Of a DNA stretch of 64,000 nt, positions 9,596 to 19,024 are shown piece by piece. A program made the translations under genes and the position numbers. The stretch's first letter is position 1. Every line of letters starts with the position of its first letter. The notes under the pieces are model-generated. The model searched no databases and was not told where the DNA came from. It was given only the letters and a program-made list of their open reading frames with translations. The DNA comes from Nitrospirota bacterium (GTDB taxonomy: Bacteria; Nitrospirota; Thermodesulfovibrionia; Thermodesulfovibrionales; UBA9159): contig CAVOUE010000006.1 in NCBI GenBank assembly GCA_963699545.1, forward strand, positions 128,001-192,000. The letters are read 5' to 3'.

Positions 9596-11023
9596 TCAGG
9601 AAATGTTTTTGTCTCCCGCGGACCCTTCTTCCGAACCTGCGACATTTCTGGCTGCCAGGAGCAAACCTGCAAGGAAATACGAATGGGAAGCGGTCTCTAT
9701 CTTGAAGAACTGCTGTTCGGCCAGCGCATAGATCAGGCACGCAACGACCGCAATGAAAAGCCCCCTGCTGAACGACGAATGGTTTACGTTCGGCGAAACG
9801 AAAAGGCTTCTGCCCTCGGTCCTCATTATCTTCCACCACAAGAGAAGAAATGCCAGCAGGCCGGGGAAGCCAAGCTGTGAAATGAGCTCCAGATAGCAGT
9901 TATGCCACAGGGGCAGGAGAGGGAGCGAACTGTCCCCGACTGAGCCATCGGCTGTTATCGGCAAAACCCCTCCCCAGCCGCTGCCTGTCAAAGGGTATGC
10001 CTTTGCAGTTTCCCACGCCCCTTCCCAGCGTGAATACCGGTCCTGTAATGCGCTATTGGGGTTGAATGTCTGTCCTACAACCCTGTGCCTCACGACTGTT
10101 TCGACCTCGCCGCCCGCAGGGGAAAACATGATGCCTGCCACAATAATAAGGGTAACAACAGCGGCGGCGATTCTCCTTTTCGTCAGCACCATGAAAAGGC
10201 CCATGCCGATAGCCAGGGCCGCCCACGCGGTGCGGGTCTGTGCGAGGAACAACAAATAGACGATCGTGCCCATATAACCGATGAGGAGGACTCTCAACCA
10301 TTTCTTCTTTTCCTCAAGCAGGAGGCCGAAGGCGATAAAGAATATAGGGAGAATATATCCCACAAATATGTTCAGCGCGCCCCAGGCCGTCACCTCAAGT
10401 CTCTCCTCCAGAAGATTTTCAATAGCCATGCCTCCCAGAACGCCGCGGAACAGCGGAATGAGACTGAGCGCCAGCATGAAGAGAACGAGTGTTCTCAATT
10501 CCTTTTCAGAGCGGATACAGTCAGGAATGAGGAAGAGATAAAAAAGATAGAGGGTGTAAGATTTGAATACCGTGAGAATATTCAGAGGAGAGACCTCAAA
10601 GATCGCGTATGCCGTGACCACGCCCGCCATGGCAACGCCCAGGAATATCTTGAGCTCCCGGGAAAAATACTGCGGACCTGAGGGCCCGCGCAGAAGCATC
10701 TTCCTTGTCAGCCATACAAGGAGGATCATGGCCGTCAGGACTTCATTGGCGCTGGTGAAATACCCAGGCTTGATCTCATAGGCAAAGCCGGTCTCTGAGA
10801 TGAGAATGGCAAGGATAAAAGGTATATAACGTTTTGCCTTTTCGTACCTGAGCAGCAACGCCGCCAACAGGGAAAAGCCGACGATGCCCAGCGCGACAGC
10901 CTTGACCTCCCATTTCAAATCGTCATGTGCAGCCACGTCCAGCACGCCCTTTGCGGCAAAATACGCCAGGGCCACTACGCCCAGAGGAAGAAGAAGACTC
11001 CCGATACTGAGCGGTTGTCTCAT
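9596..11023 (-). CDS. O-antigen ligase / Wzy-like polymerase
   Basis: Multi-pass membrane protein with TRTAW, R..RW, PLTGSGWG and HNCYLE (Wzy_C motifs). Confidence 0.85.
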   Translation of the reverse strand: MRQPLSIGSLLLPLGVVALAYFAAKGVLDVAAHDDLKWEVKAVALGIVGFSLLAALLLRYEKAKRYIPFILAILISETGFAYEIKPGYFTSANEVLTAMILLVWLTRKMLLRGPSGPQYFSRELKIFLGVAMAGVVTAYAIFEVSPLNILTVFKSYTLYLFYLFLIPDCIRSEKELRTLVLFMLALSLIPLFRGVLGGMAIENLLEERLEVTAWGALNIFVGYILPIFFIAFGLLLEEKKKWLRVLLIGYMGTIVYLLFLAQTRTAWAALAIGMGLFMVLTKRRIAAAVVTLIIVAGIMFSPAGGEVETVVRHRVVGQTFNPNSALQDRYSRWEGAWETAKAYPLTGSGWGGVLPITADGSVGDSSLPLLPLWHNCYLELISQLGFPGLLAFLLLWWKIMRTEGRSLFVSPNVNHSSFSRGLFIAVVACLIYALAEQQFFKIETASHSYFLAGLLLAARNVAGSEEGSAGDKNIS

Positions 11024-11102
11024 TTGAAAAATCCGGTACGGATCACCATTTTTCGCAAACCGTCAGGCATACATAAGATCATTCAGCGTTCTCTCCATCC
11101 GC

Positions 11103-12542
11103 TTATTCCTTATGTCTGCCGTACGCATCATCCACCCTCACGATGTCGTCCTCGCCCACATACTCCCCGTTCTGGACCTCGATGATCTCAAGGGGCACCT
11201 TGCCGGGGTTTTCGAGCTTGTGGAGGGTTGATTTGGGAACATACGCCGACTCATTTTCGTGGATGAATATCTCTTCACCTCCTATGGTCACCTTTGCCGT
11301 TCCCTTTATCACCACCCAATGCTCCGACCGGTGATAATGCTTCTGGAGGCTGAGCTTTTCACACGGGTTCACCACGATCCTCTTTAGTTTGTACCTTTTC
11401 CCTTCTTCGAGAACCGTATAGCTTCCCCATGGCCGGTAGGTGGTCAAATGCTCTGAAACCTCTTTGCGGTTATCTTTCTTAAGCCTGAGGATAAGGTCCC
11501 TGACCTTCTGTGAATGTCCGCGTTTGGCGATCAGGACCGCGTCACCGGTTTCGACTATGAGACAATCCTCCAATCCGATGGCGGCGATCAATCGCTTATC
11601 GCCCATTATCAGCGTTCGCCTTGTATCCAGAGCGATCACATCTCCGCTTTTTGCATTCGCGCTTTCGTCCTTTTCAAGCACGTCGAAGAGCGAGTCCCAT
11701 GAGCCTATGTCGTTCCAGTAGATGTCCATGGGGATGGTCACCACCCTGTCGGATTTTTCCATGACCGCATAGTCGATGGACACGTCCGGCATCTCTGTGA
11801 AGCAGGAGAGCATCTCTTCGAAGCTTTTTTCGAGCATTCCGCCGATACGGGGTTCATGTTTCCCTAGCTCATCCAGGATCGTTCCTATGGAAAAAGCGAA
11901 CATACCCGAATTCCAGTAGTAGCAGCCTTCCTGCAGATATCTCATCGCAGTTTCAAGATCGGGCTTTTCGGCGAACTGTTCTACGCTGAGAAAACGCTCC
12001 TTCTTTGCCCCCTGTCCCCCGCTCCTTGCTTTTATGTATCCATACCCCGTCTCGGGTCGTGCGGGCTGAATGCCGAAGGTGACCATGTATCCGTCCTTTG
12101 CGATCTCTTCTGCCTGCTTCAGGTATTCACCGAACGCATCGATAGGTTTGATGATATGGTCCGAAGGAAACACGAAGAGCACCTCATCTCTGCCGCAGCC
12201 CAATTTCTCCATGCAGTATTTGGCACCAAGGGCTATAGCCGGCGCAGTGTTTCTGCCTGAAGGCTCCAGGATCAGATGAAAACCAGTGTTGAGTGAGGAG
12301 TTTTGAGCGCTGAGTTGAGGATTCCCGAACAAAGGCATGAGGTCGGCCATTACATGGAACTTGTAATCGTTATTCGTCAGTACAATAATCTCTTCCGGAG
12401 AGACAACACCTCTCAGCCTCTGAGCAGTCTGCTGGAGAAGAGACAGAGCGCCGTCAAGCTTCAGGAATTGCTTCGGAAAATTTTTTCTCGACAAAGGCCA
12501 CAGCCTCGTCCCCGAACCGCCCGCAAGGATAAGTGCTTTCAT
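11103..12542 (-). CDS. manC: Mannose-1-phosphate guanylyltransferase / mannose-6-phosphate isomerase
   Basis: ILAGGSGTRLWPLSR, RNTAPAI, SIDYAVMEK, C-terminal cupin RPWG..HYHRSEHW. Confidence 0.96.
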   Translation of the reverse strand: MKALILAGGSGTRLWPLSRKNFPKQFLKLDGALSLLQQTAQRLRGVVSPEEIIVLTNNDYKFHVMADLMPLFGNPQLSAQNSSLNTGFHLILEPSGRNTAPAIALGAKYCMEKLGCGRDEVLFVFPSDHIIKPIDAFGEYLKQAEEIAKDGYMVTFGIQPARPETGYGYIKARSGGQGAKKERFLSVEQFAEKPDLETAMRYLQEGCYYWNSGMFAFSIGTILDELGKHEPRIGGMLEKSFEEMLSCFTEMPDVSIDYAVMEKSDRVVTIPMDIYWNDIGSWDSLFDVLEKDESANAKSGDVIALDTRRTLIMGDKRLIAAIGLEDCLIVETGDAVLIAKRGHSQKVRDLILRLKKDNRKEVSEHLTTYRPWGSYTVLEEGKRYKLKRIVVNPCEKLSLQKHYHRSEHWVVIKGTAKVTIGGEEIFIHENESAYVPKSTLHKLENPGKVPLEIIEVQNGEYVGEDDIVRVDDAYGRHKE

Positions 12543-12553
12543 CAAGCCTCCGT

Positions 12554-13969
12554 TTAGCCCTGGTCTTTCATTGTTCTGCTGATTTCTTCTTCAATAAATG
12601 TTCTGTAGCGAAGGAGGCTGTCTTCATCCTCAGCCTCCACTCTCACTACGATGACCGGCTGGGTGTTGCTCGATCTCAAAAGGCCCCAACCTCTCTCAAA
12701 GAGAACTCTTATTCCGTCGATGGTATTTATCCCTTTTACGGGATACGGACTGCCGCCATTGCTTCTATATTCCTTGAACCTCGATACTACTCTCTCGACA
12801 ACCTCCCCCTTTTTGTCATCGGGACACTCAATTCTGATCTCGGGAGTGGAGGACGTCTTCGGGATATCGGAAAGAAGTCCTTCCATATCCTTTCCGCTCT
12901 TTTTCATGATCTCGACGAGCCTAAAGGTAGTATAGAGGGCATCGTCGTAACCGAAATAGTCGTCACCTATGAAGATATGGCCGCTGAACTCCCCCGCAAG
13001 AACTGCCCCCTCCTCTTTCATCTTGCTCTTCACAAGAGAGTGTCCGGTCTTCCACATAATCGCCCTGCCGCCGTTTCTTTCTATATCATCGAACATGACC
13101 TGCGAACACTTCACGTCTCCGATGATGACGCTGCCGGGCCTCCTTTTCAGGATATCCCGGGAAAGGATGATCATGACCTGATCACCCCATATGACATCTC
13201 CGTTCTTATTCACGACGCCGATCCGGTCGGCATCGCCGTCATACCCGAAACCGACGTCCGCCCCGGAGCGCTTTGTTTCGGCGATCAGGTCCCTGATGTA
13301 TTCCGGAACGGTTGGGTCGGGATGGTGATTGGGGAAATTGCCATCCGGCTCACAGTAAAGGGGGAAGACTTCGCAGTTCATCTTTTCAAGGATAGCCGGG
13401 ACAATGAGGCCTGCGGTGCCGTTTCCTGCGTCCACCACCACTTTCAGCTTCCTGTACCTTCCCTCCCCGAGATACGAAAATCTCTTCAGCATATGATCCC
13501 GATAGGCGCTGAGAACGTCGCACTGCTCAACCTTGCCCTTTTGAGAGGGCTCGGCCCACTCTTGTTTCAGGATCATCTCTTTAAGGGCCTGGATATCCCT
13601 GCCGTAGATCGTCTCTTTGCCCAAACTGAGCTTGAAACCGTTGTATTCAGGGGGATTATGGCTTCCCGTGACCATGATGCCGCCATCCAGATCAAGATGA
13701 AAAAGGGAAAAGTACTGGACGGGCGTGGGACAAACACCAATGTTGTAAACGGTAAGACCTGCTGTGGCAATTCCCTCAATTATGCCTGCCGCCAGATCCC
13801 CTGAGCTTAAGCGCACATCCCTCCCCACGCTAACCTGTTTCGCAGCCGAGTTGCTGCTTTTCACAAAAGAGCCAAAGGCACGACCAAGGGAAAAAGCGGT
13901 GTCCCTGTTGATGTCTCTTCCTGCGATTCCTCGTATATCGTATTCTCTGAATATTCTCTGGTTGATCAT
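12554..13969 (-). CDS. algC: Phosphomannomutase/phosphoglucomutase
   Basis: IFREYDIRG, TGSHNPPEYNG, DGDADR, GEFSGH, RSSNTQP. Confidence 0.93.
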   Translation of the reverse strand: MINQRIFREYDIRGIAGRDINRDTAFSLGRAFGSFVKSSNSAAKQVSVGRDVRLSSGDLAAGIIEGIATAGLTVYNIGVCPTPVQYFSLFHLDLDGGIMVTGSHNPPEYNGFKLSLGKETIYGRDIQALKEMILKQEWAEPSQKGKVEQCDVLSAYRDHMLKRFSYLGEGRYRKLKVVVDAGNGTAGLIVPAILEKMNCEVFPLYCEPDGNFPNHHPDPTVPEYIRDLIAETKRSGADVGFGYDGDADRIGVVNKNGDVIWGDQVMIILSRDILKRRPGSVIIGDVKCSQVMFDDIERNGGRAIMWKTGHSLVKSKMKEEGAVLAGEFSGHIFIGDDYFGYDDALYTTFRLVEIMKKSGKDMEGLLSDIPKTSSTPEIRIECPDDKKGEVVERVVSRFKEYRSNGGSPYPVKGINTIDGIRVLFERGWGLLRSSNTQPVIVVRVEAEDEDSLLRYRTFIEEEISRTMKDQG

Positions 13970-14983
13970 TGTACTTTATAGTATTCTTTATACCATTCCA
14001 CAAATTTCCTTATCCCCTCTTCGATCGGGGTCGAGGGTTTAAAGCCAACGTCTTTTATCAGGTCATCCACATCCGCATAGGTTGCGGGCACGTCGCCGGC
14101 CTGGATCGGCAGGAGGTTCTTCTCTGCCTTTTTGCCGAGGCAGTCTTCAAGGACCTCAATGAAATGCATCAGCTCCACAGGGTTGTTGTTGCCGATGTTG
14201 TAGAGTTTGTAGGGCGCATAGCTTGTGGAAGAGTCGGGTCTGTCGCCTGACCAGTCCGGATCAGGCGCCGGCACTCCTGTCGATCACCCTCACGACGCCT
14301 TCGACGATATCGTCGATATACGTGAAGTCCCTCTGCATCTTGCCGTAGTTGAAGACATCGATCGGCTTGCCCTCCAGTATCGCCTTGGTGAAGAGGAAGA
14401 GCGCCATGTCAGGCCGCCCCCACGGGACCGTAGACGGTGAAGAACCTGAGCCCGGTGCACGGCAGTTTATAGAGGCTGGCATAGGTGTGGGCCATGAGTT
14501 CGTTGGCCTTCTTGGTGGCTGCATAGAGAGAGACGGGATGGTCCACATTGTGATGGACTGAAAAGGGCATATGTGTATTTGCCCCGTAGACTGAGCTCGA
14601 TGAGGCAAAGACGAGGTGCTTTACGTCAGTTGTGCCGGCAGCCTTCGAGGATATTGACGAACCCGACAAGGTTGGTGTCAACGTAGGCATGGGGGTTTAT
14701 CAGGGAGTACCTGCACGCCCGCCTGTGCAGCGAGGTTGACGACGACGTCGAACTTCTCTTCCCTGAAGAGCCGAGCGATGCCGTCCCTGTCTGCAAGGTC
14801 GAGCCTGACCGGTTTGAAGTTCTTCTGCATCGTGATCTGCTTGAGCCTGCTGAGCTTCAGGTTGACGTCATAATAGTCGTTCAGGTTGTCCAGCCCCACC
14901 ACTTCATCTCCCCGTTCGAGAAGCCTCTTGCAGAGATGGAACCCGATGAAGCCGGCAGCGCCGGTGACAAGAATCTTGCTCAT
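13966..14983 (-). CDS. NAD-dependent epimerase, UDP-glucuronate 4-epimerase type; split over four ORFs by frameshifts
   Basis: [43 protein letters not shown] and YNIGNNNPV appear in order across different frames. Confidence 0.9.
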
Positions 14984-15147
14984 AGTCTCCGGCTCCCGGC
15001 CCGCAAAAAAAACGTTCGATGTCCCCCGTTCATGTTCTCCTCCTCCAGTGCATTCGCACAGTGAAGAGCAATGAGTGTAAAGCAACGGGAAAGCAAAAAG
15101 CAACGAGACCCGTGCAATTGCTAATTCCATTTTCAGCTATCGCTTTC

Positions 15148-15486
15148 TCAATCATTGCTTATCGCTTCCTTGCTTATCTCGGTCTCCTTTCTCAGCATCT
15201 CTATCTCTTCCCTGAGGCTGTGGTATTCATCAAGCTTTCGCTGCAGGAAGCGGTAGGTCTGGGAAAGCTTTACGCTCATGCCCTTGGGGGTGAGGACGTA
15301 CATGTAGGCGCTCTTGTTCCGTGAGTTCTTGAACCGGCTGGCCTTGATGTACCCCGCATTGAGAAGTGCGTTCACAAGGTAGTTCACCCGCCCCAGGCTC
15401 AACCCCATCCTCCTGGAGAGGTCCCGCTGGGAAAGGGTCCCGTCCCTTGCCAGTTCGCGGAGGGTTTGAAATTGCTGCTCGTTCAT
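15148..15486 (-). CDS. EPS-associated MarR-family winged-helix regulator
   Basis: SQRDLSRRMGLSLGRVNY and NKSAYMYVLTPKG; position at the head of a polysaccharide operon. Confidence 0.88.
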   Translation of the reverse strand: MNEQQFQTLRELARDGTLSQRDLSRRMGLSLGRVNYLVNALLNAGYIKASRFKNSRNKSAYMYVLTPKGMSVKLSQTYRFLQRKLDEYHSLREEIEMLRKETEISKEAISND

Positions 15487-15495
15487 CAATTGAGC
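15481..15495. promoter_or_regulatory. Imperfect copy of the GTTCA-N5-TGAAC operator over the MarR start codon
   Basis: GTTCATCAATTGAGC, 9 of 10 arm positions match. Confidence 0.5.
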
Positions 15496-15601
15496 CTACA
15501 GCTCATGAGTTCATGGGTTGCAGAAGGAAGTGAGAGACACATATGACATTCTGCAACCTGCCGTTTCTTGTTCCGTGAGCCGTGAGCGACGGTGCATTTC
15601 G

Positions 15602-15613
15602 CGCGCTACCGCC
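15602..15613 (-). promoter_or_regulatory. ops element (RfaH recruitment site)
   Basis: GGCGGTAGCGCG on the coding strand, 11/12 identical to GGCGGTAGCGTG, in the operon leader just downstream of an RfaH-like gene. Confidence 0.8.
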
Positions 15614-15653
15614 GGTTCCTGTCACGAAGAGGACTGGAAAATAAGGCTTTTTG

Positions 15654-15702
15654 TGCGTTCAGCCACTGAACTAATATAAGACATCAGAGGGGGATAAATC
15701 AA
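15654..15702 (-). promoter_or_regulatory. Sigma70-type promoter with palindromic operator
   Basis: TTGATT-18-TATATT on minus strand followed directly by AGTTCAGTGGCTGAACGCA. Confidence 0.65.
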
Positions 15703-15761
15703 CTGCTAAATGCCCTCAGGAGTTAGCGTCAGGGGTAAGGGGGGAAAAGCTCCTTGCTCAA

Positions 15762-16244
15762 CTACGCCTTACGAATCGACCTTTGGTCGATCTCGAGGCT
15801 GCAGGTGAGGGCCTCAAGGAGGATCATGGCCCTTGCCTTTCCCGTCACGTCCCTTTGGAAGATCCCGTAGAAGTCTCTAAAAGGGCCTTCCTTTATCAAA
15901 ACCCTGTCTCCCTTCCGCATGTCCTCGGGAGCGAGGATCACGATCCCGTCCCGCATCCTCTCACGTATGGCCTGAAGGATCTCAGGGGGAACCGCTACGG
16001 GATCTTGCTTGCCCACGATGTATTTCACTCCCCTGGTGTACCTGATCATGTGGGAGTGTTTTTCACTCTCGAAACGGGCAAAGATGTAGGAAGGGAAGAG
16101 TTGTTCTATGACATCAACGTATTTCCCCTTCACCCTCTTCAGCGTTCGAATCCTTGGGCTGAAGGTCTCTATCCCCGCACTGTTCAGGAGTCGAACCGTT
16201 GAATCCTCGCATTTCGGCTTTGTGTAAATTACATACCAATTCAT
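15762..16244 (-). CDS. NusG-paralog transcription antiterminator (RfaH-like)
   Basis: WYVIYTKPKCE, LFPSYIF, IRYTRGV, KOW motif GDRVLIKEGPF. Confidence 0.9.
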   Translation of the reverse strand: MNWYVIYTKPKCEDSTVRLLNSAGIETFSPRIRTLKRVKGKYVDVIEQLFPSYIFARFESEKHSHMIRYTRGVKYIVGKQDPVAVPPEILQAIRERMRDGIVILAPEDMRKGDRVLIKEGPFRDFYGIFQRDVTGKARAMILLEALTCSLEIDQRSIRKA

Positions 16245-16951
16245 TTTACGTTTTCCACAATCTTTCCAGGGTTCTCGAAGAACAGCGTTTCAGCTGTTCT
16301 TCCGCCGAAGTGTTCTTTCACTTCTTTATATGCCCTCGAGAGTATGGGCGGCCGTCTGTCCGCGTTATGCGCGTCGGAGGCGACGATATCGGCGAGCCCC
16401 TTCTCAATCATGGCGAAGCTTGCATCCTCTGCCTCCCTCCCGAATCCTCCGGTGACGCTCATCGCGGTTATCTGGCACATGGCGCCCCTTTCCCGCAGAG
16501 CGCTCACTGCATCAAGGTCATGCATCAGGCGGAGATGCCTTTCGGGATGGGTGATTATGGGGGTGATCCCTTTGTGCCTCAGTTCGAAGATAAGGGAATC
16601 AAGATGTGGAGGAACACTGTACTCATGAAGTTCTACAAGCATGTATCCTGAACCGCTGAGCGTAGGAATATCTCCCGCCTCCAGCCGCTTGATGAGATCA
16701 GGGATCACCCTGACGTCGGCACCATAGAGGAGTTCCATTCCCGGGGGCAGATGTTTTCTCAGTCTTTCGACGGAGGATATGATCTCCGCGGCCTTGCGGG
16801 GGTAGAGCCCGTCCAGGATATGGGGAGTGGCAAAGATGCTGGATATACCATCCGTCTTTGCCATCTCCAGCATCTTCAATGACTCCTCCAGGGTGGAAGG
16901 ACCGTCGTCCATGCCCGGAAGGATATGGCAGTGTATGTCAATAAAGTTCAA
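16241..16951 (-). CDS. CpsB/CapC-type PHP-domain tyrosine phosphatase
   Basis: IDIHCHILPGMDDG, ATPH, THPER, ASDAH; TTG start preceded by GGGAG. Confidence 0.92.
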   Translation of the reverse strand: MNFIDIHCHILPGMDDGPSTLEESLKMLEMAKTDGISSIFATPHILDGLYPRKAAEIISSVERLRKHLPPGMELLYGADVRVIPDLIKRLEAGDIPTLSGSGYMLVELHEYSVPPHLDSLIFELRHKGITPIITHPERHLRLMHDLDAVSALRERGAMCQITAMSVTGGFGREAEDASFAMIEKGLADIVASDAHNADRRPPILSRAYKEVKEHFGGRTAETLFFENPGKIVENVK

Positions 16952-18881
16952 TGGTATCTCCCGCGACGATACGAGATCTCTCCACGACCCCGGCTCTTGT
17001 CTCCAGCACCAGCCTCGAAGGAACCGGCGATCCATAGTGTCTGCAGGACTCCCGGTCGGTGCAGGGATTCACCTCCCTGTGCACGGCTGAAACCCTCTGC
17101 TCACCGTCAAAGAAGATGATATCAAAGGGAACCCTCATATTCAGGGCATGGATCCATGCGTCTCCACCTTTGCCGTTCATGAAAAGAAGCGCCCTGTCCT
17201 CTGAAGGCAATTCCCTGAACATCAGGCCAAGGGTTCTTTCGAAGGACGAAGCCGCAACCTCTGCATAAAAACTCCTCTTCACCGCGCCCGTCTTGCCATC
17301 CAGGATCCTGACCTTCCTGAAATCCTTGCCCGCAATGTAGAACTTCACCTCATAGGGCCTGAACCCGTCAACGATATTGCCGTCCTTCACCACATATCTC
17401 TTGCCGGAGGAATATTCGTCGAAATAAGCTCCATCGCTCCCCACACCCACCAACTTTCCCTTCACCTCCTTGTCCAGCACATTCACCGCCATGACGACCG
17501 TCTGTTTCCCGGAACTGAACATCTTTGCATGCACAGGTTTTGATCCGTCAGGGGCAAAGACATAAAGGGAGTCCGAAAAGAAGCCTGGCGTACCTGAAAC
17601 TTCACCGGAGAAATAATGACTGAGGAATCCCAGTTCCCTGATGAGGCGCTTCACGTCTTCCAGGTGAACCGGATCAAGCATGAGGTCATAATTGCCGTCT
17701 TTCACCGTGTAGAAGAAGAGACCCCGGGCGCCATGGACAACGGCGAGATAGCTCATCGCCTTCATCTCGTCATAGGAAGGAGCCCTGTCCCATCCTTTGC
17801 CCTTCCATCCCTGGCCCCCGAATATCTGGATGACGGCCCAGACATCCCCCGCCCCTGCATGCCTTGCATCGTCCATGCTTTTGCTGAGCCATATCAGGGG
17901 ATTATTGGGGACGGGGTACTGGTCCATGAGGATGATGTCTGCTGCGTCCTTGTACGTACTCACGAACTCCGGCCTCACCATGGCCATGAAGGATGGACGG
18001 GTTGAGCCGGAAGCGCGTATCTTCTTCACTTTCTTCATTATCTCCTCGGCTGGAACAGACCTGCCTTCGGGCTCATCCTCAACATACCAGCCCAGCATGG
18101 AGCCTGAATCTGCCAGTCTCTGCACCACCCCGTCATCATCCACGCCCGCCACAATGTTTATGTCCGCCCTCAGCGCCGCGTCCAGAACTTCGCGTGCGTT
18201 GTGTTCATTCACCGGGATGACAACACCATTGAAACCAAGCTCCTTGATAAAGGGGAAAGTCTCAACCTTTGCGCCGTACGCCACCAGCGGAAAGGAATAA
18301 GGCATCAGAGGTCGGTATCTTGCCCCGGGTGTCATGCCCGCCGCCCCTTCCTCATCTGCGATTCTTTCGAGGACGGGAGAAGAGAAGGAGAAGGTCACCG
18401 GGTGGTCGTTAATGAACTTCAGCGCGGTAGATTCCCCCGGGGCGATGAAGACGAGGCCGAAATCCTGCCACGCACCGAACGTGAGGAGGTTGCTCATCCT
18501 GATCCTGGAGCCGAAGAGTTCCACTTCGGGAAAGACGCCTTCCGTGAATCCTTCCCTGTAGACCCTGAAAGAAATACGATACCTTTTCCCCCTTTCGAGG
18601 CCTTCAAGACCGCACCACCACCGGCCTGACCTGTCTTCGCCGCCCTTTATTCCGAGTGCCCTGAGGGGGGGAGAGCCAACGGGACCGACACTGAACTCGC
18701 TCTTCGTTACTCCCCCGATGTCAGAGCTTCCGTGGTGCCAGAAGAAAGGTGACCGTACGGCCCCTTCCGGCGTCAGGAACTCAGGATTGGGGATGAGGTT
18801 GTCGGCACAAAGAACAGACGAGAAAAACAGGAGGACAAGGGTCAGCGCAGCGATAAAAGTGGAAGGAGCGGATATCATCAT
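16938..18881 (-). CDS. Secreted protein: CBM-like domain, glycoside-hydrolase-like barrel and C-terminal DUF192
   Basis: Signal peptide; GWYVEDEPE and DIILMDQYP (clan-A-like); C-terminal AEVA..ER..GLMFR..NMRVPFDIIF..VLE (DUF192 pattern). Confidence 0.6.
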   Translation of the reverse strand: MMISAPSTFIAALTLVLLFFSSVLCADNLIPNPEFLTPEGAVRSPFFWHHGSSDIGGVTKSEFSVGPVGSPPLRALGIKGGEDRSGRWWCGLEGLERGKRYRISFRVYREGFTEGVFPEVELFGSRIRMSNLLTFGAWQDFGLVFIAPGESTALKFINDHPVTFSFSSPVLERIADEEGAAGMTPGARYRPLMPYSFPLVAYGAKVETFPFIKELGFNGVVIPVNEHNAREVLDAALRADINIVAGVDDDGVVQRLADSGSMLGWYVEDEPEGRSVPAEEIMKKVKKIRASGSTRPSFMAMVRPEFVSTYKDAADIILMDQYPVPNNPLIWLSKSMDDARHAGAGDVWAVIQIFGGQGWKGKGWDRAPSYDEMKAMSYLAVVHGARGLFFYTVKDGNYDLMLDPVHLEDVKRLIRELGFLSHYFSGEVSGTPGFFSDSLYVFAPDGSKPVHAKMFSSGKQTVVMAVNVLDKEVKGKLVGVGSDGAYFDEYSSGKRYVVKDGNIVDGFRPYEVKFYIAGKDFRKVRILDGKTGAVKRSFYAEVAASSFERTLGLMFRELPSEDRALLFMNGKGGDAWIHALNMRVPFDIIFFDGEQRVSAVHREVNPCTDRESCRHYGSPVPSRLVLETRAGVVERSRIVAGDTIELY

Positions 18882-18886
18882 GCTTA

Positions 18887-18935
18887 TGCGTTCAGCCACT
18901 GAACTGATAATAACTGATAAGCGGGAAAAGGTCAA
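18887..18935 (-). promoter_or_regulatory. Sigma70-type promoter with palindromic operator identical to 15654-15672
   Basis: TTGACC-17-TATTAT followed by AGTTCAGTGGCTGAACGCA. Confidence 0.7.
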
Positions 18936-19024
18936 GGATGAAGGGGGAGAGCAGGGTTTCTGTCCTGTCGACTCAGGAACGGCTTTTGTCACGACTGATA
19001 ATTTCTGATATAGTGGGTGACAGG

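Noticed and set aside
12533-13804. Long antisense ORFs (also 24128-25315, 29265-30323, 41116-42003, 42856-43695)
   Set aside because: Shadow frames opposite well-supported genes, with no recognisable motifs
13966-14983. Programmed frameshifting or phase variation in the epimerase, GT2 and aminotransferase
   Set aside because: No long homopolymer or slippery heptamer with a downstream structure at the shift sites; similar indels occur throughout the window
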